Assembly: GCA_902591925.1 (NCBI GenBank)
Contig: CACJCN010000007.1
Location: 1,605-65,604, forward strand
Length of the DNA stretch: 64,000 nt
Direction: 5' to 3'
Source: an uncultured SAR86 cluster bacterium
Lineage (GTDB): Bacteria; Pseudomonadota; Gammaproteobacteria; Magnimaribacterales; D2472
Positions 63,880 to 64,000 of the stretch are shown one piece after another (position 1 is the stretch's first letter; each line of letters starts with the position of its first letter). Under the pieces are notes generated by a model. That model did no database searches. It was not told where the DNA came from and worked only from the letters and a program-made list of their open reading frames with translations. Both the position numbers and the translations under genes were made by a program.

Positions 63880-64000
63880 GTGAATTGGGAAAATCAAAAT
63901 AATAAAGATCCCTGGGGCAATAAAAATGATGCACCAGATTTTGACGAATTGATGAAGAAGTTTTCATCTATTCTTGGAGGAAAAAAATCTTCAAGTAACG
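63880..64000 (+). CDS. hflK: HflK (FtsH modulator) N-terminus, truncated by window end
   Basis: Not in the track. GTG start preceded by AAGAGG. VNWENQNNKDPWGNKNDAPDFDELMKKFSSILGGKK matches the HflK N-terminal pattern (W..PG...DPWG....PPDLDE..KK...). Confidence 0.7.
   Translation, partial: MNWENQNNKDPWGNKNDAPDFDELMKKFSSILGGKKSSSN

Overview
AT-rich, very gene-dense (about 60 genes in 64 kb) chromosomal segment. It appears to come from a genome-streamlined marine gammaproteobacterium. The gamma-restricted fis and slmA genes and the rsmE-gshB-tonB-like-ruvX and aroK-aroB/mrcA synteny support this. A SAR86-like organism is only a guess. All calls rest on motif recognition by eye in the supplied translations; no searches were run.

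Contents are mostly housekeeping:
- trpEGDC, the fis-purH-purD-coq7 array, rsmE, gshB, ruvX, dnaG, rpoD, hflX
- a Fur-box-controlled TonB-dependent receptor, katG, hemE
- divergent gltD/gltB, aroBK, mrcA, slmA, algC-like PMM, ilvE
- an LPS block (GT4, methyltransferases, lpxL, waaA), glnB, miaA, and the start of hflK
- two stand-alone tRNAs (anticodon CAT, probably Ile2; and Ala-UGC)

I found no rRNA, CRISPR array, IS element, transposase or complete integrase.

Most interesting observations:
1. GltD carries an in-frame N-terminal extension of about 81 aa that resembles an integrase Arm-type DNA-binding domain. It faces GTATGACA direct repeats phased 10 nt apart in the divergent gltD-gltB spacer, suggesting a possible trigger enzyme.
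2. An orphan cobS-cobT AAA+/VWA pair without cobN heads an 8-gene co-directional array. The array contains a diiron oxygenase and a secreted DUF305/His-rich/LVIVD fusion protein.
3. The TonB-dependent receptor has a Fur box and promoter, then a 93-nt rod-like hairpin. The hairpin contains a 39-codon uORF whose stop overlaps the receptor ATG.
4. miaA has no canonical start codon upstream of its P-loop.
5. miaA is followed directly by hflK, without hfq or hflX.
6. Seven of the eight convergent gene junctions overlap or leave a gap of 1 nt or less.
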